From positions 88,712,286-88,776,285 of the forward strand of contig NC_068990.1 of NCBI RefSeq assembly GCF_001194135.2: a DNA stretch of 64,000 bases, written 5' to 3'. The translations under genes were made by a program, and so were the position numbers. The DNA comes from Octopus bimaculoides (Eukaryota). The first letter of the stretch is position 1. Every line of letters starts with the position of its first letter. The notes below the pieces were generated by a model, which was given only the letters and a program-made list of their open reading frames with translations, was not told the origin of the DNA and did no database searches. Positions 23,869-37,870 of the stretch are shown piece by piece.

Positions 23869-24856
23869 GTCAGTAGAATGTTTTTATTTCTTTGTTTTGT
23901 GTGCTTGCTTGTTTATGTGTTTGCATGTATTTACATATACATACATGTATGTTTATAAAAAGTGTGTATATATATGTATATATATGTGTGTGTGTGTACA
24001 CATATTCTTTTACTTGTTTTCTTGTTGCATGAAGGCATCTTAGAACACAGTCTTGTCTTGTGTTTATTAGATTAAATTTAGAAGTGAAAATTTGATACAT
24101 TTACTCTACATATAAATTGCATTTTTTACCCCCTATTCTATAAAGTTTAGCAGATTTTTTCAATTTAGCTGCCAAGGTTTCAAAAATTGAAGTTTATTGA
24201 AATTTTAAAATTTGATATAATGATGTAGTTTTCAAAGCTGAATTGCTGGAGTTCTTTCACATTTTCCAGAAAAATATTTTTAAAAAGTTATACAGGTTTA
24301 AAGTTTAATCATTTTCACCCAGTCAGGAAACAGGATTTCGAAGCTGTCATTCTGTGTGTGACAGCACATTTTGTCAATATCCTGAAAATAGCACATGTTG
24401 TCAATATTTGTATTCTACACCTACGAAATGAGTAAACATCATGTCCTTTGTAGTTTTAAGCATTCAATATGCATTTAATGCAATAAACAGCACATTAAAA
24501 ATTAAATATTTTTAAAAAACAAGCATTTAATCATTCAATATGCATTTCGATGGGTAAAACAATAGAACACAGTGCCCAACAAGTGGTTTCAATATATTTA
24601 CCAACATGTGCTTTCTCAGACAAAAGAATTCTCACATTCAGCTTGTTACTATGGGAACAGGCATGAATGTGTCTGTGGCTAACGATGCATGCATCCAGAC
24701 AGACAGACACACAGACATGCATGCATGCATGTATTATATCTGTGTGCAAATTTCACCAATTTGATTCACTCAGTATCTTTTATTATAACACTGTCGTTAT
24801 CTCTTTACTCTCATCCTGTTCCTAATATTGATATCAATTTATTTCACCAATTTCAG

Positions 24857-25027
24857 TTAACTCAAAAATCAAATGTGGACCACCAAAAGACATTGTCGGT
24901 GCTGAGAAGGACTACAAATCTACTGACTATAAATCTGAAGTGACCTATACTTGCCCAGCGGATGAAACGATAAAGTCTACATGTGAAAAGAACAACAAAT
25001 GGTCTCCCATACCACTTATTTGTAACG
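24857..25027 (+). CDS. Exon Sushi-S4, unit 2
   Basis: 171 nt; NSKIKCGPPKDIVGAEKDYKSTDYKSEVTYTCPADETIKSTCEKNNKWSPIPLICN. Confidence 0.9.
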
Positions 25028-26183
25028 GTAACATAAATAGCTTCTCTCTTATTGTTTTTGTCTATGTAATTTTGTTTTATTTTTGTGTTAAATGCCTTTG
25101 TCAGAGGAGGACTGGCTAACTCTATGGCAATTTCCACAGTGATTGTAACTGGTGGAAGCTATCCTTAGAGAGGAATCTATCCTCATACCAGAGACTTCAC
25201 CAAATGCTTGTAACAGAGTGCATTCCATTAATTCTGTCCAAAGGCAAGGTAATGCTATTAAATCAAGTAATGGATTAAGTATGCTGATCAAGAACTGGAA
25301 GTTTGAATGCTTGTTTCCTGTAGGCTTCCACATTGACCTTTCTCTCCAATACTTTTTGTCATCATCTAAAATTCTGTACAGTATAATGCTCTGAATCCTT
25401 CCTTACTAAAACTCGGCAATCCTCTGAAACAGATTTCTGATGCTCTTGCTATCTTCCAATCCACCACCTTTAGTTATGATAATCCTAATAAAAATGATTT
25501 CAGATTTAGACTCAAAACAAGCAATTTTCAATAGATGTTTTGTCAATACTACAATGTCTGCAGTTTGACTGGTATATTATGTTATCTATCCCTGCAAGTA
25601 AAGTTGACCTCAGCTTGGTTTCACCTAAAAAGCAAAACATTACAAAATTAGTAAAATATAATTAACCATTGCTATGATTAATTATATTTAGTTACATCCT
25701 TTTACATCATGGCTTTGTATCTCAACAATACATACTTCACCTTCCATACTTCTGTATAGCAGTTGATTTATTTATATACATTCCAACCCATACTAGCATG
25801 GAAAGCGGACGTTAAACAATGATGATGATAATGATGATGACATTATCACTCCAGAATTTATGGTCCTTGTGTTTATATTAGAAACTGTTATTCATAATAT
25901 CAATTGCATCAACAATAATTATAATTATTTTTGTTGTTAAGGGTAATGGATTGACAGAATCAACAGAGCATCAGACAAAATGTGTTGTGTTATTTGTTCT
26001 GGCTCTTTCACTTCTTAATTCAAATTCTGTTGATGTTAATTTTGCCTTTGCAGGGCCAATAAGATAAAATACCACTCAAGTGTAGAGGTCAGTTTAATCA
26101 ACAAACTTCTACCTCATAGATTTTATCTTCTTTTTATATTAGAAATTAATATTTCATTGGTTTAACTTTAACTTTATATCCAG

Positions 26184-26420
26184 ATACTAAGAAACAATTT
26201 GTGAAAGTAAAAGATGCCGTTCTTGATGTGATGGGGAAAAAATTGTTGAAAAATAAGAACGTAACAACAGAAGCCTGTGTAGTAAAATGTTTGTCTGATG
26301 AAAATTGTTTATCATTTGAAATAACAAAAAGTGGAAAATGTTACTTATCAAAGAAAACTGCAGCTACCTCCAAGAAATTAAAGGCAGCCAAAGACAGAGA
26401 TTACTACCAACGAATAAAAC
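26184..26420 (+). CDS. Exon PAN-E
   Basis: atccag|AT...AAAC|gtaat, 237 nt; TKKQFVKVKDAVLDVMGKKLLKNKNVTTEACVVKCLSDENCLSFEITKSGKCYLS...RDYYQRIK. Confidence 0.9.
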
Positions 26421-27841
26421 GTAATTATTCTTTGCATTTTATTACTAGAATTCTCTTTTCCATTATTTCTGAAATTTGCAATTCCATTTGTATTTCATAA
26501 TGTATAGACAACCATTTCTGTAAAGACATTGACAGAATTACCTTTAAGGGAACACACTAGTAGTGGTGGGGGGGGGGGGGCAGCAGCAGCAGTGGTGGTG
26601 GAGAAGCAACAGCGGCAGAAGCAGTTGTTGACAAGGTGAACCAGAGATATCAGGTTTGGTCCCATCTTTAGAGGCTAGATCATCCAATAGAAAGTGGTAT
26701 CTATTCAGTGGTCAAATTAAATGACCAACTCTTGGAACTGTTTGGTCTGTAAAGGATGCCTCACACACCTTTACAGTATATTTGATTTCTGAAGATTTTA
26801 CTGCATAGTGTTTGATACATATCTCAACCAAACTGGGTGATGAGTGTGTGGTTGTCAGTGTAACTTGTGTTGGCTTACATAAACAATATCACTGTCATGG
26901 TATTGGACACATTGGATAAAGAAGTGATTGATATTATACAGAGAGAGTGCAAGGTGTGTACACTTAGAGCACCACTCTAAGTGTAGCCCTGTGAGTCAGA
27001 GAACTGGAATTGTAGTGAACACTTGTNNNNNNNNNNNNNNNNNNNNNNNNNNNNNNNNNNNNNNNNNNNNNNNNNNNNNNNNNNNNNNNNNNNNNNNNNN
27101 NNNNNNNNNNNNNNNNNNNNNNNNNNNNNNNNNNNNNNNNNNNNNNNNNNNNNNNNNNNNNNNNNNNNNNNNNNNNNNNNNNNNNNNNNNNNNNNNNNNN
27201 NNNNNNNNNNNNNNNNNNNNNNNNNNNNNNNNNNNNNNNNNNNNNNNNNNNNNNNNNNNNNNNNNNNNNNNNNNNNNNNNNNNNNNNNNNNNNNNNNNNN
27301 NNNNNNNNNNNNNNNNNNNNNNNNNNNNNNNNNNNNNNNNNNNNNNNNNNNNNNNNNNNNNNNNNNNNNNNNNNNNNNNNNNNNNNNNNNNNNNNNNNNN
27401 NNNNNNNNNNNNNNNNNNNNNNNNNNNNNNNNNNNNNNNNNNNNNNNNNNNNNNNNNNNNNNNNNNNNNNNNNNNNNNNNNNNNNNNNNNNNNNNNNNNN
27501 NNNNNNNNNNNNNNNNNNNNNNNNNNNNNNNNNNNNNNNNNNNNNNNNNNNNNNNNNNNNNNNNNNNNNNNNNNNNNNNNNNNNNNNNNNNNNNNNNNNN
27601 NNNNNNNNNNNNNNNNNNNNNNNNNNNNNNNNNNNNNNNNNNNNNNNNNNNNNNNNNNNNNNNNNNNNNNNNNNNNNNNNNNNNNNNNNNNNNNNNNNNN
27701 NNNNNNNNNNNNNNNNNNNNNNNNNNNNNNNNNNNNNNNNNNNNNNNNNNNNNNNNNNNNNNNNNNNNNNNNNNNNNNNNNNNNNNNNNNNNTGAGCATG
27801 GCTATAAAATGTACTTATTTTCTCTTTATTTTTCCTTCTAG

Positions 27842-28075
27842 CTGATGATACAAAAATTATGCTTCCTAAAGTTAGCATACCTGAGCAGGATGTTTTAAGA
27901 CAACTTAAGAATGTGAACTTAGAGAAGTGTAATGAAGCTTGCCTTCAACATTCAGAATGTAATTCATATGAGTACAGTGAGAAAGAAAAGGCCTGTAATT
28001 TGAGTGAAGTGACTCATTTGACTGATAAACTTAAACCCAATGATGGAAATAAGGATACTTACATCATTGATCCAG
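27842..28075 (+). CDS. Exon PAN-A copy 2
   Basis: 234 nt; DDTKIMLPKVSIPEQDVLRQLKNVNLEKCNEACLQHSECNSYEYSEKEKACNLS...DTYIIDP. Confidence 0.9.
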
Positions 28076-28759
28076 GTCAGCAGAATATTTCCATTTTATT
28101 TTTATGTGCATGTCTGTGTATCTCTCTATATATGTATATGAGTGTGGAAAGCATTGGCAATGATAAATCATATTACAGTACTTCAGACTCATGGAGTGCT
28201 GTGCATAAAATATATTGTGCTTTTTCTGTGTGTGAGTGACAGCAGAGTATTTGAGAAGAACCATACATAATCGCAGCAAAAATGATGTTCTAAAAGCATT
28301 TCATTTATTCTTGTGCATACCAGGCCCTGCCCCTAAACTAATGCTGCCTCATCAAGCATTCCCCAAATCTCATTACACTAACCCCATCCTAACACCCAAC
28401 CCCCAATCACTTCCCTATTTGTTGCATTAATTGGCACCTGCAGTGACTTGAGAGCCGAATTTGCATATACACTGTGTGTCAAATTATTAGACAGCTCAGT
28501 TTTTTTCACAATAACAGAGTATTTATTCATTTGAATCCTGATATTTTTCCACTGCATGATGATAACACCCATCTACATGTACTGTACCAAAATAAATCTG
28601 ATGCACCCATACATAAAGAAACAACAGCCATTTTTGTTACGAGGCATCATTTCTGCCATCCTAAATTATTAGGTAGGTCTTATAAAAATGCTAATTATGC
28701 AAAAACAAACATTTATTTAATGTGACAATTAATTTTTAGTAACAAATATAATCATGATA

Positions 28760-29340
28760 GACTTTATAAGGAACATAATAATATGTTTCAATGGAAATAA
28801 TACAAGAAATATGACATCATAAAGTTCTTAATGACAGATGTATGATCCTCCACATGAGAGAACATCCCCGACATGTTTACCCATTGAATTTTTTAAGGTA
28901 ACTATTTCATCTGGTGTAGTAATACTGTCAGCAGTATCCACAATAGCTTCCCAGAGCGCATCTTTCGTTGAAAACTGTAGTCCATAGATTTTCAATAGGG
29001 GTTAAGTTGGGTGAACACGCTGGCCACTTCATCAAACAGTGTCTAGAGAAGCCTAATTACTGTAGGTATTCCAGAGATTTCTTAGCTGCATGGCAGGGTG
29101 CATTACCTTACATGAATACCAGCGCTCTCTTTAATGAAACTTTCTACTTTTTCAACAATGGCTTAAAATTGTCCCCCAAAAAGGCAACATAGGCATTAGA
29201 TATCATCTTAATTCCATCTGGAACTTTCCAAGGACCAACCAGCATGTCTCCAATGATGCCAGCCCAAATCATGACTCCGCTTCCCCTTTGTTGGCATCTC
29301 AAATGATAGGACAGTTTCCACTAACTGCAACCCATCTTTT
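28760..29340 (-). mobile_element. Tc1-like transposase fragment
   Basis: Minus strand VMIWAGIIGDMLVGPWKV, MHxNAPCHAA-like motif, WPACSPNLTPIENLW. Confidence 0.8.
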
Positions 29341-29986
29341 ACTCCACACATCTTAATAATTACCCCTCCTCGGAACTTTTCAGAAAATAATTCCTCTCAC
29401 TCCTCGGAACTTTCCAGGAAGTAATTCATCCCCCTGCTCGGAAAATCAATAGTAAAGAATTCACAAGTTGTGTCAAATTCATGATATAACAAGGGGATAC
29501 AAGTTGCCAAATATCATCAGCGAAAATCAAAAACATTTGTCTCCACCTGTTGTGTGTGTGTGTGTACCATCAATATCGTCATCATTGCCATTGTTTAACC
29601 TCTGCCTTAGACGATGATGATCACTATATATATATCATCATCATCATCATCATCGTTTAACGTCCGCTTTCCATGCTAGGATGGGTTGGACGATTTGACT
29701 GAGGACTGGTGCAACCGGATGGCTACACCAGGCTCCAATCTAATTTGGCAGAGTTTCTACAGCTGGATGCCCTTCCTAACGCCAACCACTCAGAGAGTGT
29801 AGTGGGTGCTTTTACGTGTCACCCGCACGAAAACGGCCATGCTTGAAATGGTGTCTTTTATGTGCCTCCCACACAAGAGCCAGTCCAGGGGCACTGGCAA
29901 CGATCTCGCTCAAAAACCCTACAAGGCCAGTCAGGCGGTACTGGCAACGGTCACGCTCAGGATGGTACATCTTATGTGCCACCCGC

Positions 29987-30030
<44 letters not shown>

Positions 30031-30271
30031 CACACTCATAACAGGTTGAGTCAAGTGTTTTTGATTTTCACTGATGATATTTGTGCATGCATGCATGCAT
30101 ACATACATACATTTTTATATGTATGTTTGTATGTATGTATATATTTCTGTGTGCATGTCTTCAGATTGTTTCACTCAATATTTTTTATTGTAACATTGTC
30201 ATTATCTCCTTATTCTCACCCTCCTCCAAACATACTTTCATCCTTGGCAACAATTTTCCTTTCAATTTCAG

Positions 30272-30439
30272 ATTACACCAAAATTAACTGTGGACCACCA
30301 AAAGACATTCTTGGTGCTGAGAAGTCCTACAATACCACCACCTATAAATCTGAAGTGATCTACATTTGTCCAGGAGATGAACTAAAATCAGTCTGTAAAA
30401 AGGATAATAAATGGTCTCCAGTAAATTCTACATGTAAAG
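30272..30439 (+). CDS. Exon Sushi-S1, unit 3 (one-codon in-frame deletion)
   Basis: 168 nt; YTKINCGPPKDILGAEKSYNTTTYKSEVIYICPGDELKSVCKKDNKWSPVNSTCK. Confidence 0.9.
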
Positions 30440-31054
30440 GTAATATAAATAGCTTCCTTTTTATTGTCACTGTCAGGGTAATTTTATTTTATTTTCACGC
30501 TATCTTTGCCAGAGAAAGTCTGGCTGACTTCCTGACAATTTATGCAATGTTTGTTGCTGGTGGGAGAGACAAAGGGCGTTGTCCTCAAACCAGAGACCTC
30601 CCCAAATGCTGGTAACAGAGTGGACATCATTAATTCTATCCAAGGGCAAAGTATTAAATTGGGTGATAGGTTAAGTCTCCCAATGAAAAAGTGGAAATAT
30701 GGTAGACTGTTCCCTCCAGAAGACATCCATACAGTTTTCATTTACCAGATTTCATTTTTAGTTATAAAGCAAATTTTTAACAAATTTTTAACCACATAAC
30801 CAAGATTTCGCCCAGGACCACAGAATTGTAAAGTAACCTTCTTAACCTCACAATTATACCAAGCGTATCTATGTAAATCTCTTAATTTCCAACTTGACAT
30901 TTTTCACTTGTACCATGTATCATCACCCAAAACTCTGTGCAATATAATGGTCCCAAGTCCTTCCTCGCTAAAATTCAACAATCCTTTGAAATAGCCTTCC
31001 AGTGCTCTAACAATCCTAATCCACCACCCTTAATTATAAACCTCCTCTACTAAT

Positions 31055-31295
31055 TAGCTCACCAATGTAACAGAATCCATTTACAACCTTCTGGGCATTT
31101 GAGAAAATCCATTTCCTGTGTGTTCTTAGTGTTTATTGTTCCTACACATCTATCACATACAAAGACTTCTTTCTTTGTTAACCTACCAGTGAGCCCAGTG
31201 CACTTCTGATGTGTCCATATGTTGCACTGGATACGCCATATGGAATTCCTACCAACTCCTTTCCTATATATTGAGCAGAGCACAACTATATAGTA
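31055..31295 (-). mobile_element. RTE fragment upstream of S2 unit 3
   Basis: RKGVGRNSIWRIQCNIWTHQKCTGLTGRL... Confidence 0.75.
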
Positions 31296-31335
31296 TACAT
31301 GCAACATTGGTATCAATTTCTATTCTTAATTTCAG

Positions 31336-31506
31336 TTTATGCAAAAATTAACTGTGGAACTCCAAAGGAAGTTGCTGGTGCATCAAAGTCCTACAAAACC
31401 ACCACCTATAAATCTGAAGTGACCTATACTTGTCCAAAGGCAGAACAACTAAAGTCAGTATGTGAAAAAAACAATAAGTGGAGTCCAGTGGCAGAAGCCT
31501 GTGAAG
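31336..31506 (+). CDS. Exon Sushi-S2, unit 3
   Basis: 171 nt; YAKINCGTPKEVAGASKSYKTTTYKSEVTYTCPKAEQLKSVCEKNNKWSPVAEACE. Confidence 0.9.
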
Positions 31507-33486
31507 GTAATGTAAATAGCTCATCTCCTGTTGTTTCTGTCTATGTAATTTTGTTTTATTTTTGTATTAAATGTGTTTGTCAGAGGAAGACTAACTGAAA
31601 ATATGACAAGTTCGTCAGTGTTTGTGGTTGTTGGTTGGGAAGAACTAGTTATCCTAAGACCAGAGATCTTGCATATGCCCACAACAAAGAGGACGTCATT
31701 AATGCTACCCAAAAGCCAGGTAATAATAACTAGATGACGGAGTAAGTCCAACAGCCAAGAACTTGAAGCGTAGAAACTTGTTCCTCTCCTACAGACAGGG
31801 GATCAAGAGAGGAGAGGGTGGTTAATTTCATAAGAATGTGGGAGGAGAGTGTCAGATGGTTAGAGATTGGGCTAGATGTAGATGTAGTAAGGGATGAATG
31901 AAAAAGGGTGAAGGTGTGGTCAATGTTAGATATCAGTATGGTGGGAAGGTGAGAGATAAAAGTGGCTAAAGAGAGGTGGGAATGACAAGCAGCATCACAT
32001 GAGGAGTAGAAAACAGCAGCGGAGAGATGAAAGAGTAAGGAGATGAAAGAGTAAGGGGATGACATGCAGGGCGATAGAGTGCAGGGAAGTGAGAGGGTGA
32101 TAACAAAAATCAGAGATACATAAGGGTTGCTATAGTCACTGGGCTAACATATCTGGGGAGGGGTTCATCAATAGTGGATATGAAAGGGTGGAGAGAATGA
32201 CAGTAGATAGGAGAGATGTTAAGGATGGGGTATGGCGGACCTAAGATGTAGCTCAGAGTGGAAAGAGAAATTAATTAAGGTACAGAAAGTGGGCTGATCT
32301 ATGGAAAGTAGTATGAACAGGGATGATAATGAGAGGGAGGGAGAGGTAACTGGTAGTGCCATAGGTGAGGATGGAGTATGTATTGATTCTGCTCACTGAC
32401 TTCAGCAGCTGAGTTGTACCATGTACATATGGACTGTAAAGATAAGGATGGGATGCAATCCTTTTGAAGGTAGAATAATCTCTGTCTAGAAACTGTTTAA
32501 GAAACCCAACATCAAGGATCATCCTGAAGGTCAAGTGTTCTCTCCAATTATTGTTCTCTGAGCTACAGGTTTATGCACCATAATCCCCATCCATTCAAGC
32601 CATTTTTGCCACTCCCACTTTGCTTTCAATAATTTCCTTTAAGGACAGTACCTATTTTCCATCCTTCCCTTCTTTACAAGTGCAATTTATAAATGTAGAT
32701 AATGGATTGATCAAGGAGGAAGTCACCATTGTCTGATATTTCAAACTCATTCACTACACACTCTCGTTTGATATAGTTACCACACAGGGGTAAAGTGCCT
32801 TCTCTGCCCAGGTAAAGAAGGGCATAACAGCAGCTGTTTGACATAACTTCACAACACAGCTAGGCTTAGATGTTGGATGAGTGCATGCAAAATAATTTTG
32901 ATTTACTGCATGCATCTCAGAGGCCTGTCCAAACACTTCATTTACTGGAGATTTTATTTTGATCCAGGAGAGCCCTTTGTTAACACTGCCAAAGCAAGAA
33001 CTTCAGAAAGCTTCCCAATGTTATTCTCTGAGCAAAAAGTCTTCCAAAACAAATTTATCAGTTCATTGTCATTGATGATCAAAGCAACACTGAGAATGCC
33101 ATTGATTTATCCCACCATTAACTCCCAATAGATTGCTAGAATGAAACATCCACTAATCCCATTTCCTAAGTCATGTTTGATCCTGCATATTGTATATCCT
33201 GAAATCTTTTTGATTACATTGGATAATGTGGATACCCTTTTTAAAGATAGCTGGAAATGATTGAGGGAGTTTTATAACATATTAGGTGTCCACATAAGGG
33301 TTCTACACTAAATGTTGAACTTAATATCATAAGCTAACAGATCTGACAAAGCTTATTCTCTGATATAATCTGTTGTCTTATTCTATACCATCACCTGGCC
33401 ATTCAGCGAGTTGTGATGGTGCTACATTAGAAATTATTACTATTGTTGTTGTTATTTTATTTGTCTAAATTTTCCTTTAATTCCAG

Positions 33487-33726
33487 TTTCTCAGATCAAT
33501 TTTGTGAAAGTAAAAGATGCAGCTCTGGATGTATCTGGGAAAACATTATGGAAAGAGAAAAATGTAACAGCAGATGCTTGTGCAGAAGCGTGTTTGACTG
33601 ATGAAGAATGTTTATCATTTGAAATAAAGAAAGATGATGGGAAATGTTTCTTATCAAAACAAACTGCAGCTTCCTCCAAGAAAATGAAAACAGCCAAAAG
33701 CAGAGATTACTACCAGCGAGTAAAAG
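33487..33726 (+). CDS. Exon PAN-B1, unit 3
   Basis: 240 nt; SQINFVKVKDAALDVSGKTLWKEKNVTADACAEACLTDEECLSFEIKKDDGKCFLS...RDYYQRVK. Confidence 0.9.
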
Positions 33727-35189
33727 GTAATTATTCTGTGCATTTTATTATTGCAATTCTCTTTTCCTCTTACTTCTGAAATTTGTGATTCCATTTGTAA
33801 TTCATAATGTACAGACAACCATTTCTGTAAAGACATTGACATGTCTCTGTCTTTACAGAAAGACAGAGACATATTCCTGAAAAACAAAGAGCAATATTAG
33901 GAAATGGAAATACTGTTAGGACATTCTCATAGAGAATGTGTTCCTCTTGAACGCTTTTATGTATACCTTCAATTATAGTTTCATGTAAGAAAAGAACCTC
34001 ATGGTGTTTTACTTAAACCCAAAGNNNNNNNNNNNNNNNNNNNNNNNNNNNNNNNNNNNNNNNNNNNNNNNNNNNNNNNNNNNNNNNNNNNNNNNNNNNN
34101 NNNNNNNNNNNNNNNNNNNNNNNNNNNNNNNNNNNNNNNNNNNNNNNNNNNNNNNNNNNNNNNNNNNNNNNNNNNNNNNNNNNNNNNNNNNNNNNNNNNN
34201 NNNNNNNNNNNNNNNNNNNNNNNNNNNNNNNNNNNNNNNNNNNNNNNNNNNNNNNNNNNNNNNNNNNNNNNNNNNNNNNNNNNNNNNNNNNNNNNNNNNN
34301 NNNNNNNNNNNNNNNNNNNNNNNNNNNNNNNNNNNNNNNNNNNNNNNNNNNNNNNNNNNNNNNNNNNNNNNNNNNNNNNNNNNNNNNNNNNNNNNNNNNN
34401 NNNNNNNNNNNNNNNNNNNNNNNNNNNNNNNNNNNNNNNNNNNNNNNAACTTCCCTGAGTACAGCTCAAAAATTTTATCCTTTTTTGTTGAAGTTCTTCC
34501 TTCTTAAAACTTTGGACATCAGGAGAAATTCACTCAGTTTAGTGATCTCATTATTAGAATACTCATGAATGCTATGATGTCATTGCTATGATGATAAATC
34601 TCTCTGGGTCAGATTTAAAGGTGGCCCATTTCTCTATTTTTCTGTAAGGACATTCAACAGGGCTGAAGTTGCAGACCTGACTACAATATTTATCCAGCTC
34701 ACCCTCTTGAAGTTTGAGTACTTTAACAGATCAGGTTTAAACAGAGACAATAGCCAAGCAGTTTCAGTGAAATGAACAGCTGTGCCATGATTGAGTTTAG
34801 GAAGAAATTAATATGAATCTTCAAGAAGTTTGATATAAACGTATCGATTACTCCCATTCTAATTACATTCATCTAACTGGATATTACTTTATGTTGTAAA
34901 GTGGTCTTTTGCCACTGTTGTATCTATCTTTTGACAACAGTTGTCACTCTGACAGATATTGTTATATTCTGAAGTTATCAATAGAATCGTTCTATCTGAC
35001 ACTGTATGACCCCAGTTGTACAGTGTTATTATCCTCAAAAAGTTGAATCAATATAATTTCCACTCAGTATCACAGTGTAGTTACTATATCAGCACATACA
35101 CAACTATCAATACAGTCTACGCATACTCCCAACCTTTTCAACCTTATCCTGTTGACTGACTACTGCTCTATTTATAATGGCTGGCTAAC

Positions 35190-36190
35190 AGTGTTGGCGC
35201 GTGAAAAGTGTCATATAGCCAGTCCATCTATATTTCTATTTTTGTTGTTTACTTTTCTATAATTCTTTCCTTAAGCCGATTTCTATGTCTCCTTTCCATT
35301 CCATTTCTGCTGCTAACACCATACATCATTCTCCCTATGTATGTTACAATTTCTCCTTCCCAGTATTGCTTGCCATTTTTGTACATTCTTACATATACCT
35401 TATCACTGATTCTAAAGAATTCTGACATGTCTTTGCTAATATGTATTTTTTTCTTCACAACAGTTTATTGAATACTGACTTCATCGTTCTGACAACATTA
35501 ATTCTGCTGGTGAACTTCCTTCTGACACATTTGGGTTCAGAGTTACCATGTATACCCTTAAGAATTGTTGGAGCATGACCTCATCCATGGCTTCCTTGGT
35601 AGTTTTCTTTAAAGCTCTCTTAAAAGTGTCTACAAACTGTTTGGCCCTTCCATTCAATCTAAGATGATACAATGCTATGTTTTTATGTTCTCACAAGAAC
35701 ATCTAGCAGAATCTTTTAGACTCACAGGATACGAACTGTGTTCAGTTATCAGAGACAGTTATATCCAGTATACCAAATCTTGCGAACAGCTCATGTAAGA
35801 AGTTTATTACCGTATATGAGGTTAGTCGTTCACACCTTGTGACCTCAGGCCATTTTGTGTAGCTATCCATATCCTGGGCCTGCAAAATCGATATACAATC
35901 AGGACCATAGTATTTTCACTTCCAGTCAAGGTTCACAGGTTTCTAGTAGGTAGTTTCACTGCCAGCACACAACCTCTGCAGCATTTTACCAGGTTTTCAA
36001 CTTCCTTGTCCATGCTTGGCCAGTATACGAAACTTCACATCAGCACTTTTATTCTAGAGATGCCTGGGTGTCCCACCTGAAACTCTTTTAGCATTCTCTT
36101 CTGTAGTGTCTGTGGTATTACCACCCTCTGAGCATACATTAGTACACCATCACATATAGAGTACATATTCACCACAACATCTGATTTCTG
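35190..36190 (-). mobile_element. Ty3/Gypsy integrase fragment
   Basis: Minus strand HxGHPGISR...YWPSMD, LFARFGILDITVSDN*TQF, YHLRLNGRAKQFVDTFKRAL, SPAELM. Confidence 0.8.
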
Positions 36191-36199
36191 GTCAGGTGA

Positions 36200-36835
36200 T
36201 CACACTGAATCATTGTATCCTACAGGGTTTTGCAATCTTCATTCTCAGTAACTCCTGGGGTCTAGTCATACCACATCTTTACACTTTGAAGGCCATGATT
36301 TCTACAGAGTTCCCAATGGATAATTCTTGTCACATTGTCATATCATCTTTTGTAATCATGTTGTGCCAAACTCAAGCATTCTCTAATGATGTGCCATACC
36401 ATTTTACCCCTCTTGCCACACATTCTGCATTTGTTGCTCTTGGTAGAGTTGTCAATTCTGCACTTCACATTGTTCTTAACACTTGTTCTTGTACTGTGCA
36501 TATCAGTGCTTCTGTCTCTATCTTCAGGTCACTCCTCATCCATAGCCACTGGTCTTCTGTATCTGTCTTGGCATTCATATCTCTTGCAAACTGATGATAC
36601 ATTTTTTCTCCTTTCATGCTGTTTCTTTTTTTTAAGTTTTTCTTTCTTGACACAATTATCAATTTTGATGACACCAGACTTCTTCACATCTTTCAACAAT
36701 GGTTGTAGGGTGTTTTTTACATACTACCCTAAGCTGTTTTCCTCTGCTTTGATACAATCCTGGCAACTAATCAAACTTCTCCTACCCTTTCTTCTGGACA
36801 AGTACAGCCTATCGGTGTCACTCTTAGGATGTCAA
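36200..36835 (-). mobile_element. R4/Dong-like non-LTR retrotransposon fragment (pre-zinc-knuckle region)
   Basis: YHQFARDM...WLWMRSDLKIETEALICTVQEQVLRT. Confidence 0.75.
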
Positions 36836-36899
36836 TATTTTTCTTGTCTTCATATCGATGTTCATTAGTTCTTTCCTTTGCCAGTTTATATATGAATGT

Positions 36900-36949
<50 letters not shown>

Positions 36950-37002
36950 GGGTAGTTGGAGGAGTGTAAAATGTATTTCTTGTTCTCTCTTTCTTTTTCC
37001 AG

Positions 37003-37233
37003 CTAACAAACCTGTTATGTTTAAAAAAGTTAGCATGCCGAGCAAAGCTACTTTAGGACAGCTTAAGGATAAGACCTTAAAGGAGTGTGAAAATTCTTGT
37101 CAACAATATGTAGGATGTAATTCATACCAGTACAATGCTGAAGCTAAGTTGTGTGATCTGAGTAAGGTGACTCAGTTGAATGATGTACTTAAACCCAATG
37201 ATGGAAATTGGGATATATATTTGATTAACCCAG
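37003..37233 (+). CDS. Exon PAN-C, unit 3
   Basis: 231 nt; NKPVMFKKVSMPSKATLGQLKDKTLKECENSCQQYVGCNSYQYNAEAKLCDLS...WDIYLINP. Confidence 0.9.
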
Positions 37234-37870
37234 GTTAGTAGAGTGCTTCCATTTTATTTATTGTATACCTGTGTATTTACAGATATGTGTGTGTGTGTGT
37301 GAGAGTGTGTGTGTGTGTGTGTGTGTGTGTTGTTTCATGAGTGGCTATGGTGAAAGAAGTTATGTTGGGTTCATGGCTGAAAGGATTGAGAAAAGACACC
37401 TTCCTCTTCATTCAAACCCTCAGCAACTTTTCAAAGTCCTTCTGGCAAAAGAAAGTGGGGTGGGAAAGGAAAGTGCTACCTCTCAGAGAATTTGTGAAAA
37501 GATGGGTGACAGTGGTAAAAATGGTTAAAGTGAATGGCCCTGCTCTAAGCATACACCTGTAGATTGAAAAGCAACTGTTGGGAGAGGACTTGTACCTTTG
37601 ATGGTCAGGGTAAAGGCCTTTTGTTTGGCAGTGGTTCAGTACAGATGCAGTTATTATTTTAACTCAGCATCAGTACATAACAGAGTGCTGAAGAGGAAAT
37701 GGACAATTGCAGAGAACAGAATAGCGATGCAATGCTACTTGGAAAGTGAACTCAAAATAAGGGGTTACAGAAAACAAAATAAGGGGTTACATAAATTCGT
37801 TCTGATCTCCTTGTTCTCAGCCACTCCTGGTACACATGCACCACTGATATCAATTTCTCTTATCTTTCAG

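Noticed and set aside
34960-35190. Possible Gypsy LTR with TGTTA...TAACA termini next to the integrase fragment
   Set aside because: No second LTR, no clear polypurine tract in the orientation of the integrase and no TSD seen; 5-bp termini may be chance.
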